From: an uncultured delta proteobacterium
GTDB taxonomy: Bacteria > Myxococcota > Myxococcia > Myxococcales > Myxococcaceae
Direction of reading: 5' to 3'
DNA length: 64,000 bases
Assembly (NCBI GenBank): GCA_963776345.1
Contig: CAVZMH010000022.1
Location: 352,001 to 416,000, forward strand
This document shows, piece by piece, positions 1-8,204 of the stretch. How positions within the stretch are numbered: the first letter of the stretch is position 1; the number at the start of each line of letters is the position of its first letter. The position numbers and the translations under genes were made by a program. Under the pieces are notes generated by a model that was not told the DNA's origin, made no database searches, and was given only the letters and a program-made list of their open reading frames with translations.

Positions 1-1861
1 CCTTCACCGGCGACGGGCGGTTGATGAAGGTGCCGTCGCCGAGCTCGCCGTCCTGGTTGTATCCCCAGGCCCAGACCGTCCCGTCGGATCGGAGCGCCAG
101 CACCCATCGGCCCGAGGTGGAGAGGCTGACCGCCTGGTTGAATCCGTTGGCCGCCGGGGTCGACCTGTCGGCGGTCGTTCCATTGCCGAGCACGCCATCG
201 GCATTCGCGCCGTTGGCCAGCACGCTCCCTGCGTCGATCACCAGGAGGAAGGTGTCCGAGCCCGCAGCGTTGCTCACGCCGTCCGAGATCAGGATCGGCG
301 AGGACCTCCCGAGCACATCGGTGTAGAGCTTCGCCGTTGCGGCGAGCGCGGTGGGGGTAAGCGCGCCCGCGAACTGAGCCACCCCTGCGGTGAACACCGT
401 GCCGCCCCAGGCGAAGGCGGTGTTCACGTTCCCCTGAGCATCCTTCTTCCGGGCGTACGACCGGCCGAAGGCCGTGAGGAGGTCCGAGATACCGGAGAGC
501 CCGGGGACCTGAAACGGCGTGCTCTTGAGGGTGGGAGTTCCGTCGCCGAGCTGCCCGAACGAGTTGTTCCCCCACGCCCACACCGTCCCGTCCGACTTGA
601 GCGCCAGGGTGTGGTTCCTCGCCACCGAGATCGCGCCGATCCCGGCGACGACGAGCACCTGGGCCGGCGTCGAGTCCCCGGTGCTGCCGCCGTTCGTGCC
701 CCGGCCGAGTTCGCCGGAGTTGTTGAGTCCCCAGGCCCACACCGTCCCGTCGTCACGGAGCGCGACGGAGAAACTGTCGCTGGCGGCGATGTCCACGAAG
801 TGCCCGGTCAGGGCGACCTTCACCGGCACGAGCTGCGTCTGTGCACCCGCCGCGGGAAGTGGGGCGCCCCAGGCCCAGACGCTCCCGTCCGCGGCCAGCG
901 CGAGCGAATGGTAGTGACCGGCAGAGACCCGGGTGATCGCTGGGAGGCCCGGCACTTGGACCGCGGACAACCGGTTGGCGGCAGTGGTGCCATCGCCGAG
1001 CTGGTGCTGGTCGTTTCGCCCCCAGGCCCACACGCTGCCGTCGCTCTTCACCGCGAGCCCGTGGTGCCAGCCTGCGGAGACCTGGATGACTCCCCCTGGG
1101 CTGGACACTCCGAGCAGCGCCGCATCGGAGGTGCTGTCGGAGCCGGGCACCCCGGCCAGCGAGACGATGGCCCGGAACCGCATGCCGTTGTCGCCCGCCG
1201 CGGCCGCCGGGGTGGTGTAGGTCCCCTGGGTCGCGCCGGCGATGGCGGCCCAGGTCGCCCCCTGGTCGCGCGACGATTCCCAGGCGTAGGACAGCGTGCC
1301 GCCGGTCTGTGGCACGGCGCTGACCGAGAAGGTCGCCGTCTGACCGGGGCTCACCGTCTGATCCTGTGGCTGCGCCACGATCAGCGGAGGGAGAACAGCG
1401 ACCACCAGGGGGAAGGAGAAGCTGGAGATCTCCCCGGTGATGGTGGAGCCGCTCACCGTCGCCCCGCTGACCTGCGTCCAGCCCGTCTGCCGGAACCCGT
1501 TCTTGAAGAGCATGATCCGCGCGCCAGACGGGACGCGGGCCGGATTGAAGGGGAGGGTCAGGGTCACGGGCTTGCCGAAGGTCGTCCCGTGCGGGGTGAG
1601 CGCGAAGACGTCCCCCACCGCGACCAGGTCAGCGACGGTGGGCAGTGCGGCGGCGCCGGTACCGTCCTTGGTCACCTGGACGTCGACCGACGAGGAGAGG
1701 GCGCCGGGCGGGATCACCACCCTGGCGCCCTCGGCGCTGGTCACCGTCCCCCCGGCAGGGCCGATTCCCTTGTCGGAGGGGGGAGGGGAGCTGCTGCCGC
1801 AGCCGACCAGCAGGACCGCCACCGCCCAGAGAGCCGCCGGCCTCCGCTTCAGGATGTTCAC
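1..1861 (-). CDS. Lipoprotein with ZU5-like, Ig-like and RCC1/BLIP-II repeat domains (3' end runs off the window)
   Basis: Not in the ORF track because it has no stop in the window. My translation from GTG 1861 (GGAGG RBS): MNILKRRPAALWAVAVLLVGC lipobox, then IGPAGGTV..VVIPPGAL..LTPHGTTFGKPVTLTLP (ZU5-like), AQPQDQTVSPGQTATFSV (Ig-like) and repeated DG[ST]VWAWGxNxxGxLGDG. The frame holds to base 2. Confidence 0.85.
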   Translation of the reverse strand, partial: MNILKRRPAALWAVAVLLVGCGSSSPPPSDKGIGPAGGTVTSAEGARVVIPPGALSSSVDVQVTKDGTGAAALPTVADLVAVGDVFALTPHGTTFGKPVTLTLPFNPARVPSGARIMLFKNGFRQTGWTQVSGATVSGSTITGEISSFSFPLVVAVLPPLIVAQPQDQTVSPGQTATFSVSAVPQTGGTLSYAWESSRDQGATWAAIAGATQGTYTTPAAAAGDNGMRFRAIVSLAGVPGSDSTSDAALLGVSSPGGVIQVSAGWHHGLAVKSDGSVWAWGRNDQHQLGDGTTAANRLSAVQVPGLPAITRVSAGHYHSLALAADGSVWAWGAPLPAAGAQTQLVPVKVALTGHFVDIAASDSFSVALRDDGTVWAWGLNNSGELGRGTNGGSTGDSTPAQVLVVAGIGAISVARNHTLALKSDGTVWAWGNNSFGQLGDGTPTLKSTPFQVPGLSGISDLLTAFGRSYARKKDAQGNVNTAFAWGGTVFTAGVAQFAGALTPTALAATAKLYTDVLGRSSPILISDGVSNAAGSDTFLLVIDAGSVLANGANADGVLGNGTTADRSTPAANGFNQAVSLSTSGRWVLALRSDGTVWAWGYNQDGELGDGTFINRPSPVK

Positions 1862-1890
1862 GATTGTTACCTCCGGAGATGCGGTCGCGC

Positions 1891-3972
1891 TCACTTGCAG
1901 CTCACCGTGACCTTGAAGTTGTCGAGCCCGCTCTGGTGGTCGATGAGGGTGGTGACGGTGCTGGAGATCGCGACGAGGTAGCCGACCTGAATCGGCGTGC
2001 CGGTCTCCAGGTCGAGCGGGCCCGGCGCCGAGCCGTTCACCAGGACGAAGTCCGCTGCGGTGAGCCCCTGGTACGAGACCCTCCCCCAGCTCCCGGCGGG
2101 GCCGGCCGCGCCCCGGGTGGTCCGGTAGAGTTGTCCGTCCTGGAGGAGCGCGAGGAAGTACGCGTTGGCCGCGAAGCCATCGACGCCCGAGATGTCGAAG
2201 CTGGCGTCGATGCCGCTGATGGCGCCTTGCGTGCGCGGGTCGAAGACGGCCGCAGTCAGGAGATTCTGATGGAGGAGGATGCCCACGCCGGCGAGGTGGT
2301 TCGCCACCCACCGGTACTCGCCCGGGACGCCGCCGGTGAGGCGCTGCTCGGCGTGCGCGGAGGCGGAGATGCCTGCGGTCGTTCCAGCCGCCAGCGCATC
2401 GGTCCAGTCCGCCGGGGCGAAGGTGTGGTCTTCGAAGACGACCTGTGGAGTCGGGCGGCACGCCGGTGGCGTGACGTGGACCACGGTCGACCCCGAGATC
2501 GATCCGTCCTGCACGCTCGTCGCGGTGATCGTGTAGTCGCCTGGGACCGGGGCGGTGAAGGTGACGCCCCCGCCGATCGCGGGTGTGATCGAGCCGCCGG
2601 CGGGGGTGGAGCTCCAGGCCACCCCCGACAGGTAGTTCCCCCGTCCGAGGACGGTGGCGGTCACGGTGGTCCACGAGGTCACCGGGAAGGTGTCCGGGGA
2701 AGCCCGGAGCTCGACCTGGAGCACAGTGCCTCCGGGAACCGCGGTGAAGTCGAAGTGGACGGCCGAGGTCTGCGCTCCCACCACCGTGAACGACCGGGAG
2801 CTCGAGTCGAGGAGCGTCTGGTTGCCGTCCTCCAGGATGCCGATGAGGTCGTAGGTGCCGGGCACCACCGCGGTGAAGGTGGTCCGCCCGAGGTCGCAGC
2901 GCGGCTCGCCGAGGCCGGACGGATAGGAGATCGACACGTGTTCCGCTCCAACCGCCGCGCACGGATCAGGCGTCGCTGGCGGCGCCACTCCATTCACCGT
3001 CCAGGTCACCTCGAGCGTGCCGATCGAGTTGACGTCGAAGACGAACGGGAATGCCACGTCGAGCAACGATCCAGGCTCGAGGAGACGGAGCTGGCCCGAG
3101 TCGACCAGCCCCGCGCTCGAGCCGTCGTCGCGGACGGCGTGCGCCTTGACCGTGTAGGTGTGGAAGCTCGGAAGATCGAGGAGTTTCGCTTGCCCCCACG
3201 TGCAGGGGAACTCCTCCGAGCGGACGAGCGTGAACTGGTCGAAGACGTCCACCTGCACCTTCTGGGTCCTGAGCGCGGAGCACGCCCGGTCGTCCGGGGG
3301 AAGGCCGTCCAGCGTCCAGGTGACGTCGATTTCGCCGAAGACGTGCAGGTCGAGGTGGACGGTCGTCCGCGTCCCCGGAGTCACGGTCGCAGTGGTGGAC
3401 TCGACCTGACAGGTGCCACCCAGGTTCGCGAAGCACTGGGTATCGGTCCGCAACGGTTCCGCGGTGACGGTGTGCTGCCCGGGATTGAGCTCGTCGACCT
3501 CGAGGTGGCCCACGGCGCAGCCCTGGGCGAACGGGTTCTGCCTATCCACCGACACCAGCACGTTGCCGACCTCGGCTCCGGCGCAACCGGCGTCGAGGCC
3601 CTGCGAGCCGACGGTCCAGACGATGTCCAGCGAGCCGGCGTCAGGGTTGGGGCCCGGCCCCGTGTGCACGTAGCAGTGGAGGTCGGTGCCGCAGTATCCG
3701 CCGGCGCAGTCGGAGTCGTGGAGACAGTAGGCGCAGATCGACTGCGGCACGACCCTGCAGTGCCCACCAGGGTCGAGCTGTCCGGCTGGGCAGTCCTGCG
3801 TGAGGCACTGCAGGTTGCCGCGGCACTCTCTCTTGTCGACACACCCCGCACCGACGTCCCCCGTCGCGTCGCGGACGTCGTCCGGATTGCAGCCGTGGGC
3901 CAGCGCAGCGACACAGGCGAGCGCGCAGGTGGTTGCCAGCAAGGAGCCCCGACGGTGAATCGACCTTTGCAT
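1891..3972 (-). CDS. Cys-rich multidomain lipoprotein (beta-sandwich/Ig-like domains)
   Basis: 693 aa ORF with signal peptide ending LAHGC, a Cys-rich N-terminal region and Thr/Val-rich beta-strand segments; AGGAG RBS. Confidence 0.75.
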   Translation of the reverse strand: MQRSIHRRGSLLATTCALACVAALAHGCNPDDVRDATGDVGAGCVDKRECRGNLQCLTQDCPAGQLDPGGHCRVVPQSICAYCLHDSDCAGGYCGTDLHCYVHTGPGPNPDAGSLDIVWTVGSQGLDAGCAGAEVGNVLVSVDRQNPFAQGCAVGHLEVDELNPGQHTVTAEPLRTDTQCFANLGGTCQVESTTATVTPGTRTTVHLDLHVFGEIDVTWTLDGLPPDDRACSALRTQKVQVDVFDQFTLVRSEEFPCTWGQAKLLDLPSFHTYTVKAHAVRDDGSSAGLVDSGQLRLLEPGSLLDVAFPFVFDVNSIGTLEVTWTVNGVAPPATPDPCAAVGAEHVSISYPSGLGEPRCDLGRTTFTAVVPGTYDLIGILEDGNQTLLDSSSRSFTVVGAQTSAVHFDFTAVPGGTVLQVELRASPDTFPVTSWTTVTATVLGRGNYLSGVAWSSTPAGGSITPAIGGGVTFTAPVPGDYTITATSVQDGSISGSTVVHVTPPACRPTPQVVFEDHTFAPADWTDALAAGTTAGISASAHAEQRLTGGVPGEYRWVANHLAGVGILLHQNLLTAAVFDPRTQGAISGIDASFDISGVDGFAANAYFLALLQDGQLYRTTRGAAGPAGSWGRVSYQGLTAADFVLVNGSAPGPLDLETGTPIQVGYLVAISSTVTTLIDHQSGLDNFKVTVSCK

Positions 3973-4052
3973 GGCCTGGCACTCCTCGCTCCGAGCAACC
4001 TGGGGAGTGACGCAGCCGAGGCCTGGTTCTGCTCAACCGGACGCGTCCCACG

Positions 4053-4109
4053 CTCCCACGCCGGTCTCACCCCGGGACCACCAGTCCGCGCCGTCTGGAA
4101 TCCGGGTCG
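4053..4109 (+). repeat. Copy 1 of a ~60-bp imperfect direct repeat (copy 2 at 8118-8178)
   Basis: Exact 21-mer CGCCGTCTGGAATCCGGGTCG at 4089-4109 and 8158-8178; similarity extends 5' (CTCCC[A/G]CGCCGGTCTC[A/G]CCC...). Confidence 0.85.
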
Positions 4110-4172
4110 GGCGACACCCCGGGGAGGCCATTCCGGCGCAGCGGCGCGTCCCTCATGCGCCACGGCCCCGGG

Positions 4173-5585
4173 TCACCTCGCTGCGTGCGGCAAGGGTGGT
4201 CCGGGAAGGCCGGCGGACAGTCCGAGCCGCGCAAGCAGAGCCTGGAAACCGGGCTCGTCACGGAGGTTGGCCATCGTCGGGTCCACCCGCATCGCCAACG
4301 CGGCAGGCTCGTGCCGGGCGCACGCCTCCTCGAGGTGGGTGAGCGCCTGCTCCTTCCGTCCGAGCAGGGACTCGATCTGCGCGAGCGAGTAAGCCCCGGC
4401 GGAACCCTTCTCGTAACGGGCCAGGCGCCTGAGGCGGAGCCGTTCCAGCAGGGCCGGAGGGCCGCCGTCCGTCATCGCCGCTTCCTCCTCGGCGACCGCG
4501 GCCAGCGAGTCCGGGTCACGGAGCAGCTCGGCGAAACGCCGGCCCTCCACCAGGTACATCTGGTACTCCGCCCGGTTGAAGTGCATGTCCGCCAGGTACC
4601 GATGCGGTGAGACCAGGTCAGGCTCCGTGCGCGCGAGGCGGGCCAGAAGCTCCAGCCCCTCGCCCTGCTGACCGGCGGCATAGAGGATGAGGCCACGGTC
4701 GGCGACGATCGAGGCCGAGGTGGGCTCGAGCTCCTGTGCCCGGCCGATCTCCTCGAGCGCCTCCGCGTGCCGGCCGAGGAGCATCAGGGAGGTGGCGAAC
4801 CAGTGGTGGGCCTCGGCGTCGCGGGAGTCGAGGGCGATCGCTTTCCGGAACTCCCGCTCGGCGGCCGGCACGTCGAAGCTCCAGTTGAACGCGGCGAAGG
4901 CCAGCGAACGGTGGCCCAGCGACGAGTCGGGGTCGAGCTCCACCGCCTTCTGCGCGGCGGCGATGGCCCGCGGGAAAGCCTCGCTGTCCGGCATCAGCGA
5001 GTACTCACGCAGCAGGTTGTAGGAGTCGGCCAGACCGGCGTAGGCCGGCGCGAAGCGTGGGTCGCGCTCGATGAGGTGGGTGAAGCAGTCCACCGCCTCC
5101 TGGAGCCGCTCGGCGGTGCGCTTGCTCCAGGCATAGCGACATTCAAGATACGCGCGGGCGATCTCGGGATCCGCGCCGTGGAGGGGACGAGCGCCGCTTG
5201 ATCGAGGACTCGCGCCGGCGACCCACAGCAGTCCGGCGGTTCCGAGGACGAGGATCAGCAGGACCAGAAGGATGCCTGGACGCCAAGGCTGCGGTGATGT
5301 CTCGACCGAGCTGCTCGCCGGGGGCGAAGCGGGGGCCACCGGCGCCGGCTCGGGCATCCTCGGCGGCTCGGCCTCGAGCGCGTTGTGCTCCAGCCAGCGG
5401 CGCAGCTCGTGGGCGTAGGCGTAGACCCCGCTCCGGCCCTTGCCCGGGATGCGATGCACGGGCAGCGCGCGTTCCTTCTCCCAGCGCTTGACGGTGCGTG
5501 GATCGCGACGAAAGAACGCCGCGATCTCCTTCCACGAGTCGAGCCGTCGATCATCCTCGGCGCCGACACCCGCTCGCGGATCCAT
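4173..5585 (-). CDS. Membrane-anchored regulator: N-terminal HTH, one TM helix, TPR repeats
   Basis: RRLDSWKEIAAFFRRDPRTVKRWEKERALPVHR (HTH), ILLVLLILVLGTAGLLWV (TM), TPR repeats (FAPAYAGLADSY, AEREFRKAIALD). Start placed at ATG 5585. Confidence 0.85.
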   Translation of the reverse strand: MDPRAGVGAEDDRRLDSWKEIAAFFRRDPRTVKRWEKERALPVHRIPGKGRSGVYAYAHELRRWLEHNALEAEPPRMPEPAPVAPASPPASSSVETSPQPWRPGILLVLLILVLGTAGLLWVAGASPRSSGARPLHGADPEIARAYLECRYAWSKRTAERLQEAVDCFTHLIERDPRFAPAYAGLADSYNLLREYSLMPDSEAFPRAIAAAQKAVELDPDSSLGHRSLAFAAFNWSFDVPAAEREFRKAIALDSRDAEAHHWFATSLMLLGRHAEALEEIGRAQELEPTSASIVADRGLILYAAGQQGEGLELLARLARTEPDLVSPHRYLADMHFNRAEYQMYLVEGRRFAELLRDPDSLAAVAEEEAAMTDGGPPALLERLRLRRLARYEKGSAGAYSLAQIESLLGRKEQALTHLEEACARHEPAALAMRVDPTMANLRDEPGFQALLARLGLSAGLPGPPLPHAAR

Positions 5586-5953
5586 GGCGTCCCTTCGCTC
5601 CCTGTCTACCCGCGCCCTCGCGACGGGGCAAGGCGCAGCGGGATCTCGCGGGGCAGCACGGGGCACGAGGGGATCCGTACTCGCTCGCCGCCAAGAGGCC
5701 CGTGTACGCCGTGTTTCTCCGACTCGGGAAGCATCCGCCGTTCGATGGCGGGAAGGGAGACCCCTCGATGTTTCGCGTTCGCGCCGGATCGCTGGCGCCG
5801 GGACCCACGGACGGACTGGTTCCCAGCAGCAGCAACCCATTCACTGAGGCCACGGTGTTGCTCGGGGCTCCCATGCTCCTGCCGCCGGCGCGCCTCGGAG
5901 GCAGGGGCCGACAGGGACTGGGGACGAATGACACCGGAATGTGGAGGTGGACG

Positions 5954-6376
5954 ATGAAGGCTCTGACGGCGTTCGCGGCTCTGGCAATGGTGCTGGGTTG
6001 TGGCAGCAGCAGCGGGACGGACGGCGGCGGGAACCCGAATGACGGCGGTACCAAGAGCGATGGTGGCACCTCGAGCGATGCAGGCTCCGGTGGATACCTC
6101 ATCGGCGGGACCCTCCTCACCGCGGGCGCGTCCAGCCTCGTGCTCGCCACGCCTGGCGAGCCCAACCTGACCATCCCGAACAGCTATGAACCGCCCTTTG
6201 CATTCGCGAATCGGGTGCCGACTGGCACGGCCTACAACGTCACCATCTTCCGTCAGCCACAGTCGCCCCCGTGCACCGGCGTCTGCACCTGCGTCATCCT
6301 GGACGGTGGCGTGGGCATCGTCGGAAACGCCGACGTGACCAGCGTCCTGGTGGCGTGTGCGATCCAGTTGCCCTGA
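5954..6376 (+). CDS. Small lipoprotein (DGG-rich linker, short beta domain)
   Basis: GGAGG RBS, MKALTAFAALAMVLGC lipobox, then FAFANRVPTGTAYNVTIFRQP..C..C..GVGIVGNADVTSVLVAC. Confidence 0.75.
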   Translation: MKALTAFAALAMVLGCGSSSGTDGGGNPNDGGTKSDGGTSSDAGSGGYLIGGTLLTAGASSLVLATPGEPNLTIPNSYEPPFAFANRVPTGTAYNVTIFRQPQSPPCTGVCTCVILDGGVGIVGNADVTSVLVACAIQLP

Positions 6377-6608
6377 GTTCGCTTCCGGCCAGCGCCTGGT
6401 GCTGCTGACGCGGCCCCGGACCGGTCAGGCGGTTGCCGCCGGCTGACGCCGGGCGCTCCTTCGGCGCGGCGAGGCTGGGAAGGTCCGGTGCAGGCACGGT
6501 TCTTCGCCGGTGCGACGCGCCCAACGTGCGTGCTCTCCGCCGATGGGACTCCCTGCGCTCCGGACCCACATCGGTCCACGCGCCAGAGCGACGGTACAGT
6601 TCTGGTCC

Positions 6609-8072
6609 GTGACCTCGCTCCGCGTGCTCGTGCTGCTCATGGCGCTCGGGGCACGATCGAGCTGGGCGACGACCTACCCCGTCGGTCCGTCCAGGAGCTG
6701 GAAGTCACCGTGCGCCCTCGCGGCCGGAGTCGCTCTCCAGCCCGGGGACGTGGTGGAGGTCGACCCGGGGACGTACACGGATGCCTGTCAGCTGAAGGCC
6801 TCCGGCACCGAGGCCGCACCGATCATCCTCCGTGGCGTTCCCGGGCCCCGGCCGGTGTTCGACGCCGTGGGCCTGGACCTCTCCGGAGCCGGCTCGGTGC
6901 CCCGGGCCATCTTCCAGCTCACCGGGGGCAGCCACTGGCTCGTGCAGCACCTCGAGCTGAAGAACGCCGCCAACGCCTCGAACAACGGCGCGGCGTTCCG
7001 GTTGACCGCGGGCTCGCTCGACGTCGTCATCGAGGACGTCTCGGTCCACGACTGCCAGGACGGGTTCATGTCGGATGGGCCCGCGACCCTGACCGTCCGT
7101 TCGAGCGAGGTGTTCCACAACGGGGCAGGGGACGGCTACTCGCACAACTTCTACGTCCAGGGGCAGTCCATCGTCCTGGTCGGCAACCACATCCATGATT
7201 CGGTCGGCGGGCAGAACGTGAAGGTGCGCTCCCACGATGCCTTCATCGCCTACAACCTGATCGAGAACGCCGGGAACTACGAGATCGATCTCATCCAGGG
7301 ACCGCTCACCGACGCGGCGAACGCGAACGCCGCGCTGGTCGGGAACGTCGTCATCCGCCCCGCGAGCTCTGGGAACAACAGCCAGGTGATTCTCTGGGGC
7401 TCGGACGATCCTGCGGCCGCCGGACGGAACGGGAGCCTCTTCGCGATCAACAACACCTTCATCCTCGCCCATCCCTCGAATCGCCTCTTTCACGCCATCC
7501 AGCCGGCCGCGGGGAGTCAGATCCACCTGGTCAACAGCATCGTCCAGGCGACGGTCGGTGGCACGGGGCTCGCCGCCGACAGCACCACCGCGGCCATCCT
7601 CGTGGGGAGCAAAGACTGGATCTCCAGCCAGGTCACGACGGCTGGCACGCTGTCGGGCACCCTGACCGGGTCCAGCCCGGGATTCGTCAGCACCTCGGAC
7701 CTGCACCTCGCGCCGGATTCGCCCGCCATCGGCGCGGGGCTCGTTGGCGCGACATTCGTCGATGGGTCGGGAGCGACCGTGAGCGGGGTCCCCGATCAGG
7801 AGTTCGTCCTTCCGCTCGGAACCCGCCCGAGAGCTGCCGCGTCGGCCCTGGACCTCGGCGCCTTCGGGTTCTCCTCGGCGAGCGACGCAGGGACGGCGGA
7901 TGCCGGGCCGGGCGATGCCGGAGTGGACGCCGGCGGCGGGACTGCGCCGCCCGGGGATGGTTCGCTGCAGGACGTGACGGGCAGCTGCTCCACGACGGCG
8001 AGCGGCGCCCCGGCGCTCTGGCTGGCGATCGTCGTGGTGCTCGCAGTCCGACGCCGCTCAGTGAACAGCTGA
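6609..8072 (+). CDS. Secreted right-handed parallel beta-helix (pectin lyase-like) protein with MYXO-CTERM-type tail
   Basis: LQPGDVVEVDPGTY, Asn-rich PbH1-like repeats (HNFYV, GNHIHD, YNLIEN), DAG linker, then GSCSTT-APALWLAIVVVLAVRRR. Start uncertain (6510-6639). Confidence 0.8.
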   Translation: MTSLRVLVLLMALGARSSWATTYPVGPSRSWKSPCALAAGVALQPGDVVEVDPGTYTDACQLKASGTEAAPIILRGVPGPRPVFDAVGLDLSGAGSVPRAIFQLTGGSHWLVQHLELKNAANASNNGAAFRLTAGSLDVVIEDVSVHDCQDGFMSDGPATLTVRSSEVFHNGAGDGYSHNFYVQGQSIVLVGNHIHDSVGGQNVKVRSHDAFIAYNLIENAGNYEIDLIQGPLTDAANANAALVGNVVIRPASSGNNSQVILWGSDDPAAAGRNGSLFAINNTFILAHPSNRLFHAIQPAAGSQIHLVNSIVQATVGGTGLAADSTTAAILVGSKDWISSQVTTAGTLSGTLTGSSPGFVSTSDLHLAPDSPAIGAGLVGATFVDGSGATVSGVPDQEFVLPLGTRPRAAASALDLGAFGFSSASDAGTADAGPGDAGVDAGGGTAPPGDGSLQDVTGSCSTTASGAPALWLAIVVVLAVRRRSVNS

Positions 8073-8117
8073 CCGTCCCCTCGCGTTGGGCCGGCGAGGG
8101 GCAGGGCCCGTCGTGCA

Positions 8118-8178
8118 CTCCCGCGCCGGTCTCGCCCACGGGGCCGCGCCGTCCGCCCGCCGTCTGGAATCCGGGTCG
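8118..8178 (+). repeat. Copy 2 of the ~60-bp direct repeat, immediately upstream of uvrD/pcrA
   Basis: Aligns to 4053-4109 with a few transitions and small indels. Confidence 0.85.
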
Positions 8179-8204
8179 CAGGGATGCGAGGGTGCCCGGC
8201 TCCG

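Noticed and set aside
1..1100. Recurring CCCCAGGCCCA-like DNA repeats as a possible CRISPR or tandem array
   Set aside because: They are the codons of WAWG in RCC1 repeats; spacing is irregular and no cas genes are present.
5847..5862. AGGCCACGGTGTTGCT as a sigma54 promoter for the small lipoprotein
   Set aside because: GG-N10-GC spacing fits, but the -24 half is weak and no enhancer or EBP is linked; could be chance.
6492..6508. AGGCACGGTTCTTCGC upstream of the beta-helix gene as a sigma54 promoter
   Set aside because: The GC is one base out of register (N11), which sigma54 does not tolerate.
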